NCBI GenBank assembly: GCA_016186635.1
Contig: JACPLI010000020.1
Span: 3,548-67,547 of the forward strand
Direction: 5' to 3'
DNA length: 64,000 nucleotides
Origin: Candidatus Liptonbacteria bacterium
GTDB lineage: Bacteria; Patescibacteriota; Minisyncoccia; UBA6257; 2-01-FULL-56-20
A model generated the notes under the pieces. The model was not told the origin of the DNA. It saw only the letters and a program-made list of their open reading frames with translations, and did not search any database. The position numbers and the translations under genes are program-made. Position 1 is the stretch's first letter. Each line of letters begins with the position of its first letter. Below are positions 19,841 through 28,993 of this stretch, piece by piece.

Positions 19841-20971
19841 ATGAAAATTATGAAAGACACATTTGGTCCGGAATATATTGTCAGGGTATATAATCCCAAG
19901 GTTGGCATGGAGGGATTTTTGGTCATTGATACTACCACACTTGGACCCGGTAAGGGCGGCATTCGGATGACTCCAAATGTAACGGAAGAAGAAGTGCGGA
20001 GACTGGCTCGGGCGATGACCTGGAAAAATGCTCTGGCGGGCATTCCTTTTGGCGGAGCAAAAGCTGGAATTATCTGGCCGGGTGGATCAGATGAGCTAAA
20101 AAGGAAATATGTTCAGAGCTTTGCCCGCGCAATCAAGTTATTTACGCCGCGAAAGTATATTGGCGGGCCAGATGTGAATACGGGCGAAAAAGAAATGCAG
20201 TGGTTTGTGGAGGAAACAGGCAATTGGCGCTCCGTTACCGGCAAGCCTGCCACTCTCTGTATGAAATTATTTGGAAGGACGGGCGAGAAATGCGGTATTC
20301 CTCACGAATTCGGGAGTACCGGTTTTGGCGTAGCTCAAGCCGTTTTAGAAACGGCACAAGCTCTTGCTATTGGTATTCGTGGGGCTCGTGTGGCGATTCA
20401 CGGTTTTGGAAATGTCGGCACGTTCACCTATACTTATCTGCATCGCGCAGGAGCCAAAATTGTTGCTATTGCGGACAGTAGCGGCGCGATTTTTAGCGAT
20501 GCTGGGTTAGATGATGCTGAGGTGCAGGAAGTTATAAAAAAGAAACAACACATCTCTGAATGTAAAGGGTGCCGCAAGATTTCGAGTGAAGATTTTTGGA
20601 AGGTACCTGTTGATTTTCTCATTCCCGCCTCAGTTACGGATGTCATCAACGAAACGAATAAAAATGGTATCCGCGCCAAAGCAATTATTGAAGCGGGAAA
20701 TATTCCTATGAGAGAAAACATAGAAGAAGAGTTGTCTAAAAAAGGCATTGTTATAGTTCCAGATTTTGTGGCAAATGCGGGCGGGGTTATCTCCTCGTAT
20801 GCGGAATATCGCGGCTATAATCCTAAAAGAATGTTTGCACTTGTGGAGAGAAAAATTAGAAATAGCACTCGCCTCGTTTTGGAACAAAGTATAAAATTGA
20901 AGAAAAATCCTCGTGAAATCGCTTTGGCAATCGCCAAAGAAAAGGTCGAGGCGGAGATGAGTAAAAAATAA
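19841..20971 (+). CDS. Glu/Leu/Phe/Val dehydrogenase
   Basis: GKGGIR, MTWK, GGAK, PDVNT, GFGNVG and PDFVANAGGV motifs. Confidence 0.95.
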   Translation: MKIMKDTFGPEYIVRVYNPKVGMEGFLVIDTTTLGPGKGGIRMTPNVTEEEVRRLARAMTWKNALAGIPFGGAKAGIIWPGGSDELKRKYVQSFARAIKLFTPRKYIGGPDVNTGEKEMQWFVEETGNWRSVTGKPATLCMKLFGRTGEKCGIPHEFGSTGFGVAQAVLETAQALAIGIRGARVAIHGFGNVGTFTYTYLHRAGAKIVAIADSSGAIFSDAGLDDAEVQEVIKKKQHISECKGCRKISSEDFWKVPVDFLIPASVTDVINETNKNGIRAKAIIEAGNIPMRENIEEELSKKGIVIVPDFVANAGGVISSYAEYRGYNPKRMFALVERKIRNSTRLVLEQSIKLKKNPREIALAIAKEKVEAEMSKK

Positions 20972-20979
20972 ACTAAAGT

Positions 20980-21363
20980 ATGTTCGAACAACTAACACAA
21001 TACAACGACATCGGGCTCCTGATTCTGCGGCTGGCCGTTGCGGTAATCTTTATCTATCACGCTCTGCCCAAATTAAGGAACGCTTCCGGCATGAGCCAGA
21101 TGATGGGTATGCCAGCCGGTATGATCTTTATGCTTGGTTTAGTTGAAGCCGTCTCATCTTTGGGCATGATATTTGGTATCTACACGCAACTTGCCGCATT
21201 GCTTCTAGGGATTGTCATGATTGGCGCGATTGGCACGAAAATGATGAAATGGCGAGTACCGTTTGCTGCGATGGATAAAACTGGATGGGAGTTTGATTTG
21301 ATATTGCTCGCCGCAAATATCGCCATTGTGCTTGGTGGGGGCGGCGCGATAGGCATTCAGTAA
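20980..21363 (+). CDS. DoxX family membrane protein
   Basis: LILR..F..H..K and GWEF motifs. Confidence 0.88.
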   Translation: MFEQLTQYNDIGLLILRLAVAVIFIYHALPKLRNASGMSQMMGMPAGMIFMLGLVEAVSSLGMIFGIYTQLAALLLGIVMIGAIGTKMMKWRVPFAAMDKTGWEFDLILLAANIAIVLGGGGAIGIQ

Positions 21364-21372
21364 AACAGCAAT

Positions 21373-22344
21373 ATGGACACTATGTACGACCTCATCATTA
21401 TTGGCTCGGGCGCGGCCGGTCTTGGAGCTGCCATCTACAGCGGACGGTACCGTATGAAGGTTTTGGTCATTGGCAAAGAATTTGGCGGGGAAACCGCAAA
21501 AGCCGGCGCCATCGAAAATTATCCCGGTTTCCAGTCAATTGACGGTTTCGAATTAATGGACGCGATGAAAAAACAAGCGAAGGGCCTTGAAGTCAAAACA
21601 CTAGACGGCGAAGTTGCGGGTGTTAACCAGCAAGAGCATTGTTTTGAGGTTACTGTCGGAGATACGACGCATCACGCGAACTCCATTATTTTTGCTGTGG
21701 GAGCAGAGCGGCGCCGTTTGGAATTACCGAATGAAAAAGAGCTTACTGGCCGCGGAGTTCATTATTGCGTTACCTGCGACGGACCCGTATATGGCGGAAA
21801 GGTTATTGCGATGGTGGGTGGCGGCGACGCGTCAGTCAAAGGCGCGGTGCTGGCCGCGGAATATGTTTCAAAACTTTTTCTTATTGTACGGGGCAAAGAA
21901 GTTACCGCGGAGCCCATCAATCTTGAACGCATGAAGAAGCTCGGTGATAAAATTGAAGTGCTCTCTGAAACCGAAGTTAAAGAAATCGTTGGCAAGGGAA
22001 AGCTGGAAAAACTGATTTTGTCGCGTCCGTACAAAAATTCAAACGAGCTTGTTGTCGAAGGCCTTTTCGTCGAAGTCGGAGCGATTCCCAATGTGGAGCT
22101 CGCACAATCGCTTGGCGTAGAGCTTGACGGGCGAGGATACATCAAGGTCGACAATATGATGAAGACAAACATTGACGGCGTGTTCGCCGCGGGGGATGCA
22201 GTCAATCATTTTGGGTCGTTCAAGCAGGATATTACCGCGGCCGCCATGGGCGCGGTGGCCGCGACGAGTGCGTACGAAGACCATAAAGTTCACGGTGACC
22301 TCTGTTCTCTGCATAGTCGCCCAGCCATGCCGAAAGAAATATAA
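21373..22344 (+). CDS. trxB: Thioredoxin reductase
   Basis: IIGSGAAG, IENYPG, CVTCD, GGGD and FAAGD motifs. Confidence 0.92.
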   Translation: MDTMYDLIIIGSGAAGLGAAIYSGRYRMKVLVIGKEFGGETAKAGAIENYPGFQSIDGFELMDAMKKQAKGLEVKTLDGEVAGVNQQEHCFEVTVGDTTHHANSIIFAVGAERRRLELPNEKELTGRGVHYCVTCDGPVYGGKVIAMVGGGDASVKGAVLAAEYVSKLFLIVRGKEVTAEPINLERMKKLGDKIEVLSETEVKEIVGKGKLEKLILSRPYKNSNELVVEGLFVEVGAIPNVELAQSLGVELDGRGYIKVDNMMKTNIDGVFAAGDAVNHFGSFKQDITAAAMGAVAATSAYEDHKVHGDLCSLHSRPAMPKEI

Positions 22345-22465
22345 ATTAACAATTAATCAAATCAAGCTCTTCATGATGCCGATTCGTTTGGCAAAACTGA
22401 TGAAGGAAAACAAATAGTAATAGTAAAGGTCGAAAGCAGTAATCAGCAACTAATCAACAAAAAAT

Positions 22466-22636
22466 ATGAACAATCAAAACGATCAACAAAAGTTTGTCTG
22501 CAAGAGTTGCGGCTCGGAGTCGCAAGAAAAAGCGGGTACCTGTTGTGGCGCAGAGAGAAAAGAGAAAAAAGATGACGGCACCTGCATGGCGTGCAGCTGT
22601 CCTTGCGAGATGCACAAAGAGCACACCCACAAGTAA
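22466..22636 (+). CDS. 56-aa Cys/His-rich metallothionein-like peptide (not in the ORF track)
   Basis: Hand translation MNNQNDQQKFVCKSCGSESQEKAGTCCGAERKEKKDDGTCMACSCPCEMHKEHTHK; upstream of a MerC-like gene. Confidence 0.7.
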   Translation: MNNQNDQQKFVCKSCGSESQEKAGTCCGAERKEKKDDGTCMACSCPCEMHKEHTHK

Positions 22637-22682
22637 AGTGGGTGTGCTCGCTACGATTGCGGTTGTAAACAATATCTCCATT

Positions 22683-23078
22683 ATGAAGGACTTTCGTAAA
22701 AAAGTGCTCACAAGATTCACACCCATCCTAGGCGCGGGAGCGGTTGGAGTTTGTCCGCTTTGTTGGATCGGCTCAGCATCGCTTCTTACCTATTTGGGCT
22801 TGGGAGCACTTATACCGGTATGGCGCTGGATTGCTTTTGGATTAATTGCGCTGGGCGCAGTAGGATTCATCCTTGATTACCGGTCTCATAAAAATCTCTC
22901 TCCGCTTATACTTCTTTCTCTTGGCGCAATTCTTCTTTATGTCGGCCGGTACATATTCTTAAGCACTTGGGGAGCATGGCAGATTTGGGGACCAGGCGCG
23001 TTACTCATCATTGGAGCAGTAATCTACAATAAACACCTCTTCAGAAAACCGCTCGCCTCGCCGAAGCCTGCGGCGTAG
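22683..23078 (+). CDS. MerC-like membrane protein
   Basis: CPLC in the first helix, four transmembrane helices, R.HK loop. Confidence 0.7.
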   Translation: MKDFRKKVLTRFTPILGAGAVGVCPLCWIGSASLLTYLGLGALIPVWRWIAFGLIALGAVGFILDYRSHKNLSPLILLSLGAILLYVGRYIFLSTWGAWQIWGPGALLIIGAVIYNKHLFRKPLASPKPAA

Positions 23079-23130
23079 CGCGGGTCGGCTCTGCCACAAC
23101 TGCAAACATAGCAATGTATTCTATTCAAAT

Positions 23131-23673
23131 ATGAAAACGCCCATAATTATTATTAGTGTTGTGGTTCTCGTTGTTGCAGGATGGTTGCTTATTTCCAATA
23201 CGGGACAGCATCAGAATATGAATTCAAACGGCAACATCCCCGGAGAATCCGTTCGATTTGAGAGAGCGCCGGATTTTGCCTTGCAAGATTATAACGGCAA
23301 AACTGTACGGCTGGCTGATTTTTCCGGAAAACCGATGGTAATTAACTCTTGGGCGGCATGGTGTCCTTTTTGCCGGAAAGAACTGGTGGATTTTGCGACG
23401 GTGCAAAAGGAGTTAGGCGATAGAGTCGCAATCATTGCTGTTGATAGAGCGGAATCGCGAGAGACGGCAAAGAAATATACGGACGAATTAGGCGTGACGA
23501 ACGACTTGATATTTCTGCTTGACCCTTCGGATTCGTTTTACCAATCTATCGGTGGATTTTCTATGCCGGAAACAATATTTGTGGACAAAAATGGAAACAT
23601 TGTTGAGCGCAAGCGAGGGCCGATGGATGTTCAGGAAATCAGAGAAAAAGTCCGAAAACTTCTATCAACGTAA
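23131..23673 (+). CDS. TlpA/ResA-like thiol-disulfide oxidoreductase
   Basis: APDF, WAAWCPFC and MPET motifs. Confidence 0.92.
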   Translation: MKTPIIIISVVVLVVAGWLLISNTGQHQNMNSNGNIPGESVRFERAPDFALQDYNGKTVRLADFSGKPMVINSWAAWCPFCRKELVDFATVQKELGDRVAIIAVDRAESRETAKKYTDELGVTNDLIFLLDPSDSFYQSIGGFSMPETIFVDKNGNIVERKRGPMDVQEIREKVRKLLST

Positions 23674-23689
23674 GTAGAGACACAAAGTT

Positions 23690-23863
23690 ATGGTAAATAT
23701 TATACCGCAAGAAAATAAGACTCTGTATCAGTGCGAAGAGTGTGGTTTGAAGTATGCCGAAAAAGAAATCGCTGAGAAGTGCCAGGCGTGGTGCAAAGAA
23801 CACAAAAGCTGCAATCTTGACATTATCAAACATGCCGTAAAAGATTTATCTCACCAGTCATGA
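23690..23863 (+). CDS. 57-aa Cys-rich small protein (not in the ORF track)
   Basis: Hand translation contains YQCEECG.KY...AEKCQAWC..H.SCNL. Confidence 0.7.
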   Translation: MVNIIPQENKTLYQCEECGLKYAEKEIAEKCQAWCKEHKSCNLDIIKHAVKDLSHQS

Positions 23864-24050
23864 GTAAGAATCCGTCTCAAAAGTATCTTCGGCCGCGATA
23901 CAGGCCAATTTTGACTGACACAAGGAGCGACGACGGAGGTGTATCCTGTGATACTCCGAGGAGGAGTGACGATGCGATCAGGCGAAATTGGCCGTATCCC
24001 GAAGGGTTTTCGCTATTTTCCCGCTCTGCGGCGTGAAGTATACTTTTAAG

Positions 24051-24509
24051 ATGGGTTCTCGCACTCACCCTCGCATGCCGATATTTGAATACGATTACAT
24101 TGCTGACGGTATTTTTATCGGCACGAATCAGTGCTGCACGACGCACTTCGCTGAAGCGCTTCTTAAAGAGGGTATCACTGCGGATATCTCGCTCGAGGAG
24201 GACCGGCTTGACCAGCCGTTCGGCGTAGAAGCGTATGTGTGGCTTCCGGTGAAGGACCACGAGCCGCCCACACGCGCACAACTGGAAATTGGCGTTTCTG
24301 CGCTCGAGAAGTTCGCGGCGCTCGGGAAGAAGGTCTACGTCCACTGCAAAAACGGGCACGGGCGCGCGCCGACGCTTGTCGCGGCGTATATGATGCGGAA
24401 GGGAAAATCAGTGAAGGAAGCGGTTGCGCTCATCCGGGCGCAACGGCCTTCTGTGCATCTTCAGGATTCGCAAGTTGCTGCATTACAACAATGGAATTCT
24501 TCGCGCTAA
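24051..24509 (+). CDS. Dual-specificity protein phosphatase family protein
   Basis: VHCKNGHGRA (CX5R) motif; start may be 24075. Confidence 0.9.
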   Translation: MGSRTHPRMPIFEYDYIADGIFIGTNQCCTTHFAEALLKEGITADISLEEDRLDQPFGVEAYVWLPVKDHEPPTRAQLEIGVSALEKFAALGKKVYVHCKNGHGRAPTLVAAYMMRKGKSVKEAVALIRAQRPSVHLQDSQVAALQQWNSSR

Positions 24510-25261
24510 TCATTCCGGCATTTATTGCGGGAGTCCTCATGTTCCTTGCGCCGTGCACATTCCCGCTCATCCCGGCGTATGTGAGTTTTATCGGTGGTAC
24601 CACGGCGCATGATCTTCGGGATCCCGCGAAGGTGCGCGGCGCACGCCGAAGGGTTTTTATAAACGGCCTTTCGTATGTCATTGGTTTTAGCTTTGCGTTT
24701 ATTGCACTGGGGACGCTCTTCAGCGCAGGCGGCATCGCGCTTGCGCCCTATCGCCTCTGGCTTGGGCGCATCGGCGGGCTTTTCATTATATTTTTCGGAC
24801 TTTATCTTTTGGGGCTGTTCCGGCTGCCGTTTCTCTCACGGGCGATGGATGCGGAACACCACCTTCGAATTGGAAAGTCGCTCACGCCTGGGAAACCGAT
24901 GTCATCATTTGTATTTGGCGTAACGTTTGCGCTTGGATGGACGCCATGCGTGGGGCCGGTGCTCGCTTCGATTCTCGTGCTTGCTTCAACTGCGACGACG
25001 GTCTGGCAGGGAATGTTCCTCCTCACCGTCTTTTCCGCGGGGCTCGCGGTGCCGTTCCTGCTCGTGGCATGGGGAATCGGGTCCGCGCCGAAATACGTCG
25101 CGCGTGTTGCAAAGTACCTTCCCGCCGTCACGGTAATTGGCGGACTGCTGCTCGTGGTGCTTGGCGTGTTGCTGGTAACCGATCGTTTTTCCTTATGGGT
25201 AGGAGGTTTCTACCGATACTTCAACTTTATTCCCTACGAGCGGCTTCTCGACTATCTTTAG
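24491..25261 (+). CDS. ccdA: Cytochrome c biogenesis CcdA / DsbD transmembrane domain
   Basis: FLAPC..PL.P and WTPCVGP motifs. Confidence 0.92.
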   Translation: MEFFALIIPAFIAGVLMFLAPCTFPLIPAYVSFIGGTTAHDLRDPAKVRGARRRVFINGLSYVIGFSFAFIALGTLFSAGGIALAPYRLWLGRIGGLFIIFFGLYLLGLFRLPFLSRAMDAEHHLRIGKSLTPGKPMSSFVFGVTFALGWTPCVGPVLASILVLASTATTVWQGMFLLTVFSAGLAVPFLLVAWGIGSAPKYVARVAKYLPAVTVIGGLLLVVLGVLLVTDRFSLWVGGFYRYFNFIPYERLLDYL

Positions 25262-25339
25262 ACGGCTCATTCATGGTTCCTTCATTTTCTGTGCGTAACT
25301 CTTATTAAAAAGTCGGTTTTTTTTGGTACAATTCACCGC

Positions 25340-26014
25340 ATGAGCACAATTATGAAGCGGTTTGCGGTGGGAGGTGCGGTGGCGGTGTATCTCGCGCTCG
25401 CGGTCGCGGCGGGGGCGCAAACGCGGGCAACAGCGACGCCGCAGAAGGAAGTGAGGCGCGCGGCGGTGGAGGAAATGCGTGCAAAGTTCGAGGCGGCGAA
25501 GAAAGAGGCGCAAACGAAGATGCAGGCGGCGAGGACCGATTTTCAGGCGAAACTCAAGCAGATAAAGGACGGGAAGAAACAGCAAGCCGCGGATAACTTA
25601 TATGAGCGTTTGGGGATGCTCAACGCCAAGTGGGCGGAGCATTTCGGAAATGTGCTTGAGAAGTATGATGCGACGCTCAAAAAAGTGGAGAGTCGAAGGG
25701 ATAAAGCGCAAACTGCAGGAAGAGATGTGGCCGTAGTGAACGCCGCATTCCAAGCGGCAACCGCGATGATTGAGAGCGCCCGCGCCGCAGTAGAGGCGCA
25801 AACGAAGAAAACATATTCCGTAGCCGTTACCACAGAAGCGAAGCTCCGCGAGGCGTTCCAGGCCGCGCACAAGGCCTTGAAGACCGACCTCATGGCGCTT
25901 CGTGACGGGGCAATGAGGAGCGCGCGCGAGGCGGTGCAAAAAGCGATTCAGTCCCTTCGCGCCATACCGAATGTGGACAGTGCAAGAACTACTGCAACAT
26001 CCTCGCAACAATAA
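25340..26014 (+). CDS. Secreted helical coiled-coil hypothetical protein
   Basis: Signal peptide, Ala/Lys/Glu-rich helices. Confidence 0.75.
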   Translation: MSTIMKRFAVGGAVAVYLALAVAAGAQTRATATPQKEVRRAAVEEMRAKFEAAKKEAQTKMQAARTDFQAKLKQIKDGKKQQAADNLYERLGMLNAKWAEHFGNVLEKYDATLKKVESRRDKAQTAGRDVAVVNAAFQAATAMIESARAAVEAQTKKTYSVAVTTEAKLREAFQAAHKALKTDLMALRDGAMRSAREAVQKAIQSLRAIPNVDSARTTATSSQQ

Positions 26015-26025
26015 TTTTTACCATC

Positions 26026-26313
26026 ATGGAAAACAACAACAAGACAGGATGGGTAATCGCAGTCGTGGTGATTATCGCGGTGGCGCTCGTTGCGTGGTGG
26101 TATGTGGGCGAGAGCACGCCGCAGACCGCAAATGAGGCAGTATCATCGCCCCAACCGGCGGCGGAGAATCCTAGCGTACAGGAGCAGGTGGCGGTACCGG
26201 CGCCCGACAGTACGAGCGAGATTCAAAAGGACTTGGATGCGGCGGGCGGAGGGAATGAGGACCTTCAAGGAGAGCTTGATGCGCTTGATGCAGATATTCA
26301 GAAGGGATTTTGA
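26026..26313 (+). CDS. Small membrane-anchored acidic protein
   Basis: N-terminal transmembrane helix, acidic tail. Confidence 0.7.
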   Translation: MENNNKTGWVIAVVVIIAVALVAWWYVGESTPQTANEAVSSPQPAAENPSVQEQVAVPAPDSTSEIQKDLDAAGGGNEDLQGELDALDADIQKGF

Positions 26314-26369
26314 GGTTTCGACGTGCGTCAATTCTAGGAAATCGGACCTCTTATAACGGCATGCGTATT

Positions 26370-26528
26370 ATGAACCGTGAAGGGTATATGCATATTGTAG
26401 TTTTCATTGTTGCAGTCATCATCGGCATCGCAATGCTTCTCTTCCTTCGCGAGAAGGGCATCTCGCACGTCGATGGGGGAAGCCCACGGCTTTCTCCAGC
26501 GCTCATCAGCGGCCCCCAATCACGGTAA
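26370..26528 (+). CDS. Small membrane protein with a pilin-like N-terminus
   Basis: MNREG followed by a long hydrophobic stretch. Confidence 0.4.
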   Translation: MNREGYMHIVVFIVAVIIGIAMLLFLREKGISHVDGGSPRLSPALISGPQSR

Positions 26529-26666
26529 GGGAATCCATTACTGCATGCGCGTTTCTTATAGCGGACGGGGTGTGCATAACTTTTCTGTACATGTGAGCGT
26601 GTGGTTCTAGAATTTGAGATAAGGAGAAAGGTCGGCGTTTGCATAACGGAAGGGATGAGCATTTCG

Positions 26667-26756
26667 ATGGCGAAAAAAAGAAGGAAGTCGAAGAAGAATG
26701 CGCGGAGGGGGAAGCGGCGGACTGCGAAGCGAGGAGGAAAGCGGCGAAGGAGATAA
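26667..26756 (+). CDS. 29-aa Lys/Arg-rich peptide (not in the ORF track; alternative start 26655)
   Basis: MAKKRRKSKKNARRGKRRTAKRGGKRRRR, followed by a terminator. Confidence 0.6.
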   Translation: MAKKRRKSKKNARRGKRRTAKRGGKRRRR

Positions 26757-26775
26757 ATTGTATCTCCGTGTGTTC

Positions 26776-26814
26776 CCGTCCCTCCCTTTCTGCAGAAAGG
26801 GAGGGACGGGTTTT
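26776..26814 (+). terminator. Intrinsic terminator
   Basis: CCCGTCCCTCCCTTTC-TGCA-GAAAGGGAGGGACGGG followed by TTTT. Confidence 0.8.
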
Positions 26815-26841
26815 GTGTTGTCGTGTATAATAGGGAGACAT

Positions 26842-27255
26842 ATGACGGAGGAGGACTGGAAGCAAAAACTTACCCCCGAACAGTACCGCGTACTCCGCGA
26901 GCAGGGGACGGAAGCCGCCTTTACGGGGAAATATTGGAACGAGCACGGGAAGGGCATGTATCGGTGTGCCGCATGCGGCGCCGAGCTTTTTTCGTCTGAT
27001 ACAAAGTTTGATTCCGGCACTGGCTGGCCGAGCTTTACTGAGCCCGCAAATGTGGCACATGTGGAACTCCGTGAGGACAGGAGCCGCGGGCTCGCGCGCA
27101 CCGAGGTGCGCTGCAAAAAATGCGGCTCTCACTTGGGGCATGCGTTTGACGACGGACCGGTTGACAGGAGCCTGCCTGCCGGTAGGCAGGGGAAGCGCTA
27201 CTGCATCAATTCGGTATGCCTGGAGCTCGAAAGGTCGGGGGATGAGAATCAGTAA
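26842..27255 (+). CDS. msrB: Methionine-R-sulfoxide reductase MsrB
   Basis: GTE.AFTG, KFDSGTGWPSF, HLGH and RYCINS motifs; LPAGRQ palindrome insert. Confidence 0.96.
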   Translation: MTEEDWKQKLTPEQYRVLREQGTEAAFTGKYWNEHGKGMYRCAACGAELFSSDTKFDSGTGWPSFTEPANVAHVELREDRSRGLARTEVRCKKCGSHLGHAFDDGPVDRSLPAGRQGKRYCINSVCLELERSGDENQ

Positions 27256-27260
27256 TCAAC

Positions 27261-27557
27261 ATGGGTACAAGAGTGCTCATACGGGTAAGCGGAATTATCT
27301 TCGGGCTTTTTGCCCTTGCGCATGCGGTGCGGGCGATATTCCGGTGGGAGATTACCTTCGCGGGGCGCGCGATGCCGATATGGGCAAGCGTCCTCGTCGC
27401 GGTTATTGCGGCGTACCTCGCCTATGAGAGTTTTCGCACGCGGGAGGTGCGCTATATCTGCACGGGAGAATGCGGCGGCATGTCCCCGAAGCCGGGAATG
27501 TGCCAGGCGGAGAAGTGCGCGAAGAAGGGCATGCCGCTCGAAGAGGTGAGCGCATAG
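27261..27557 (+). CDS. Small two-helix membrane protein with a C-terminal Cys motif
   Basis: Two hydrophobic segments, then YICTGECGG..PGMC...C. Confidence 0.65.
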   Translation: MGTRVLIRVSGIIFGLFALAHAVRAIFRWEITFAGRAMPIWASVLVAVIAAYLAYESFRTREVRYICTGECGGMSPKPGMCQAEKCAKKGMPLEEVSA

Positions 27558-27560
27558 CGT

Positions 27561-28382
27561 ATGGCGTATTGCAAAGAGCGAGTCGCACGATTTCGCCGCA
27601 TTGTGTGGAATTATTACCGCGCGCATGGGCGCGATTTGCCCTGGCGGCGCACACGGAATCCCTACCGCGTTACGGTTTCGGAAATCATGCTTCAGCAAAC
27701 GCAGGTGGAGAGGGTCCGCGGCAAGTACGAGGAGTTCTTGAAGAAGTTTCCTGATTTCGCTTCGCTTGCGGGGGCCTCGTCCGCAGAGGTGCTCCGCGTG
27801 TGGCAGGGGTTGGGATATAACCGGCGCGCGCTTGCACTTCGATGTCTCGCGAAGGAAGTGGTGGGAAAGTACGGCGGAAATCTTCCGCGGGAGGTCGAGG
27901 CGCTCGACGCGCTTCCCGGAATCGGCGCGGCCACGGCGGGTTCCGTTGCGGCATTTGCATTCAATGTACCGGTGGTGTTTGTGGAAACGAACATCCGGCG
28001 CGCCGTTATCCATCATTTCTTCCCGCGCCGCCGCAAGGTAAGCGAGGAAAAAGTGCGGGAAGCTGTCGCCACTGCGCTCGACCGGAAGAATCCCCGCGAG
28101 TGGTATTGGGCGCTCATGGATTATGGCGCGATGCTTGGGAAATCAGTCTCGAATCCCAATCGCCGGAGTGAGCGATACCGGAAGCAATCCTCATTTCGCG
28201 GCTCGGATAGGGAACTCCGCGGGAAGATTGTGCGTTTGCTTCTCGAGCAGTCCCGCATAGCGGCTTCTTCTGTCCTGGAAATTACGCAAAAATCCGCGGA
28301 ACGAGTGAACGAGATTCTCGAATCGCTTGAGCGGGAGGGCTTTTTGCGGCAGGAGAAAGGGATTGTTATGATTGCGAAATAG
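27561..28382 (+). CDS. mutY: A/G-specific adenine glycosylase (MutY-like, short, no Fe-S motif)
   Basis: RDLPWR, SEIMLQQTQV, WQGLGY.RRA and LPGIG motifs. Confidence 0.85.
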   Translation: MAYCKERVARFRRIVWNYYRAHGRDLPWRRTRNPYRVTVSEIMLQQTQVERVRGKYEEFLKKFPDFASLAGASSAEVLRVWQGLGYNRRALALRCLAKEVVGKYGGNLPREVEALDALPGIGAATAGSVAAFAFNVPVVFVETNIRRAVIHHFFPRRRKVSEEKVREAVATALDRKNPREWYWALMDYGAMLGKSVSNPNRRSERYRKQSSFRGSDRELRGKIVRLLLEQSRIAASSVLEITQKSAERVNEILESLEREGFLRQEKGIVMIAK

Positions 28383-28400
28383 TTACCTTTTCAACGCGTC

Positions 28401-28432
28401 GAAGTCAGACTTCCTGAAGGAAGTCTGACTTC
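28401..28432. repeat. Paired GAAGTC(A/G)GACTTC palindromic repeat; also near 28889, 36998, 38071 and 40797
   Basis: Read directly; the flanking TTCAACG and GGCAGATTGATG are shared with the 28889 copy. Confidence 0.8.
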
Positions 28433-28457
28433 GGCAGATTGATGCAGAACCAAACCA

Positions 28458-28874
28458 ATGCGGCAGATTCTTAAAGATGGCGCAGTATATATCCTCCGTT
28501 TCGATAAGGGCGAGGAAGTGCTCACGGGGCTGATTGCATTCGCGCGGCAGATGGATATTCACGCGGGAACATTTTCCGGCATCGGGGCGGCCTCGAGAGT
28601 GGCGCTTTCTTATTATGACTTTGAAAAGAAAGAATATTTGAGCACAGAACTTCGGGAAGTGGAAATCGCCTCGCTTACCGGCAATATCGGGATTTTGAAA
28701 GGGGAAATAGCCATACACGCGCACGGAGTGTTCTCTGGAAGGGATATGGCGGCAAAGGCGGGACATGTGAAGGAAATCGTGGTATCAGGAACATGTGAAA
28801 TGCGTTTCGAGGCGCTCGCAGGGAAACTTGAACGCGCGCATGACGCGACAACGGGACTGAATTTGATACAGTAA
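28458..28874 (+). CDS. PPC/DUF296 domain protein
   Basis: GIGA, EIASLTGN, HAH and GH motifs. Confidence 0.9.
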   Translation: MRQILKDGAVYILRFDKGEEVLTGLIAFARQMDIHAGTFSGIGAASRVALSYYDFEKKEYLSTELREVEIASLTGNIGILKGEIAIHAHGVFSGRDMAAKAGHVKEIVVSGTCEMRFEALAGKLERAHDATTGLNLIQ

Positions 28875-28993
28875 GAATTCAACGTGTTGAAGTCGGACTT
28901 CCTGCCTGCGCTACGCCGAAGGCTCCGGCAAGGCGAGCAGGAAGTCCGACTTCGGCAGATTGATGTGGGAGAGTTCGCTATAATGTGTAAGTT

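Noticed and set aside
26639-26830. 63-aa acidic ORF from the track
   Set aside because: Alternative frame of the K/R-rich peptide; it runs through the terminator hairpin.
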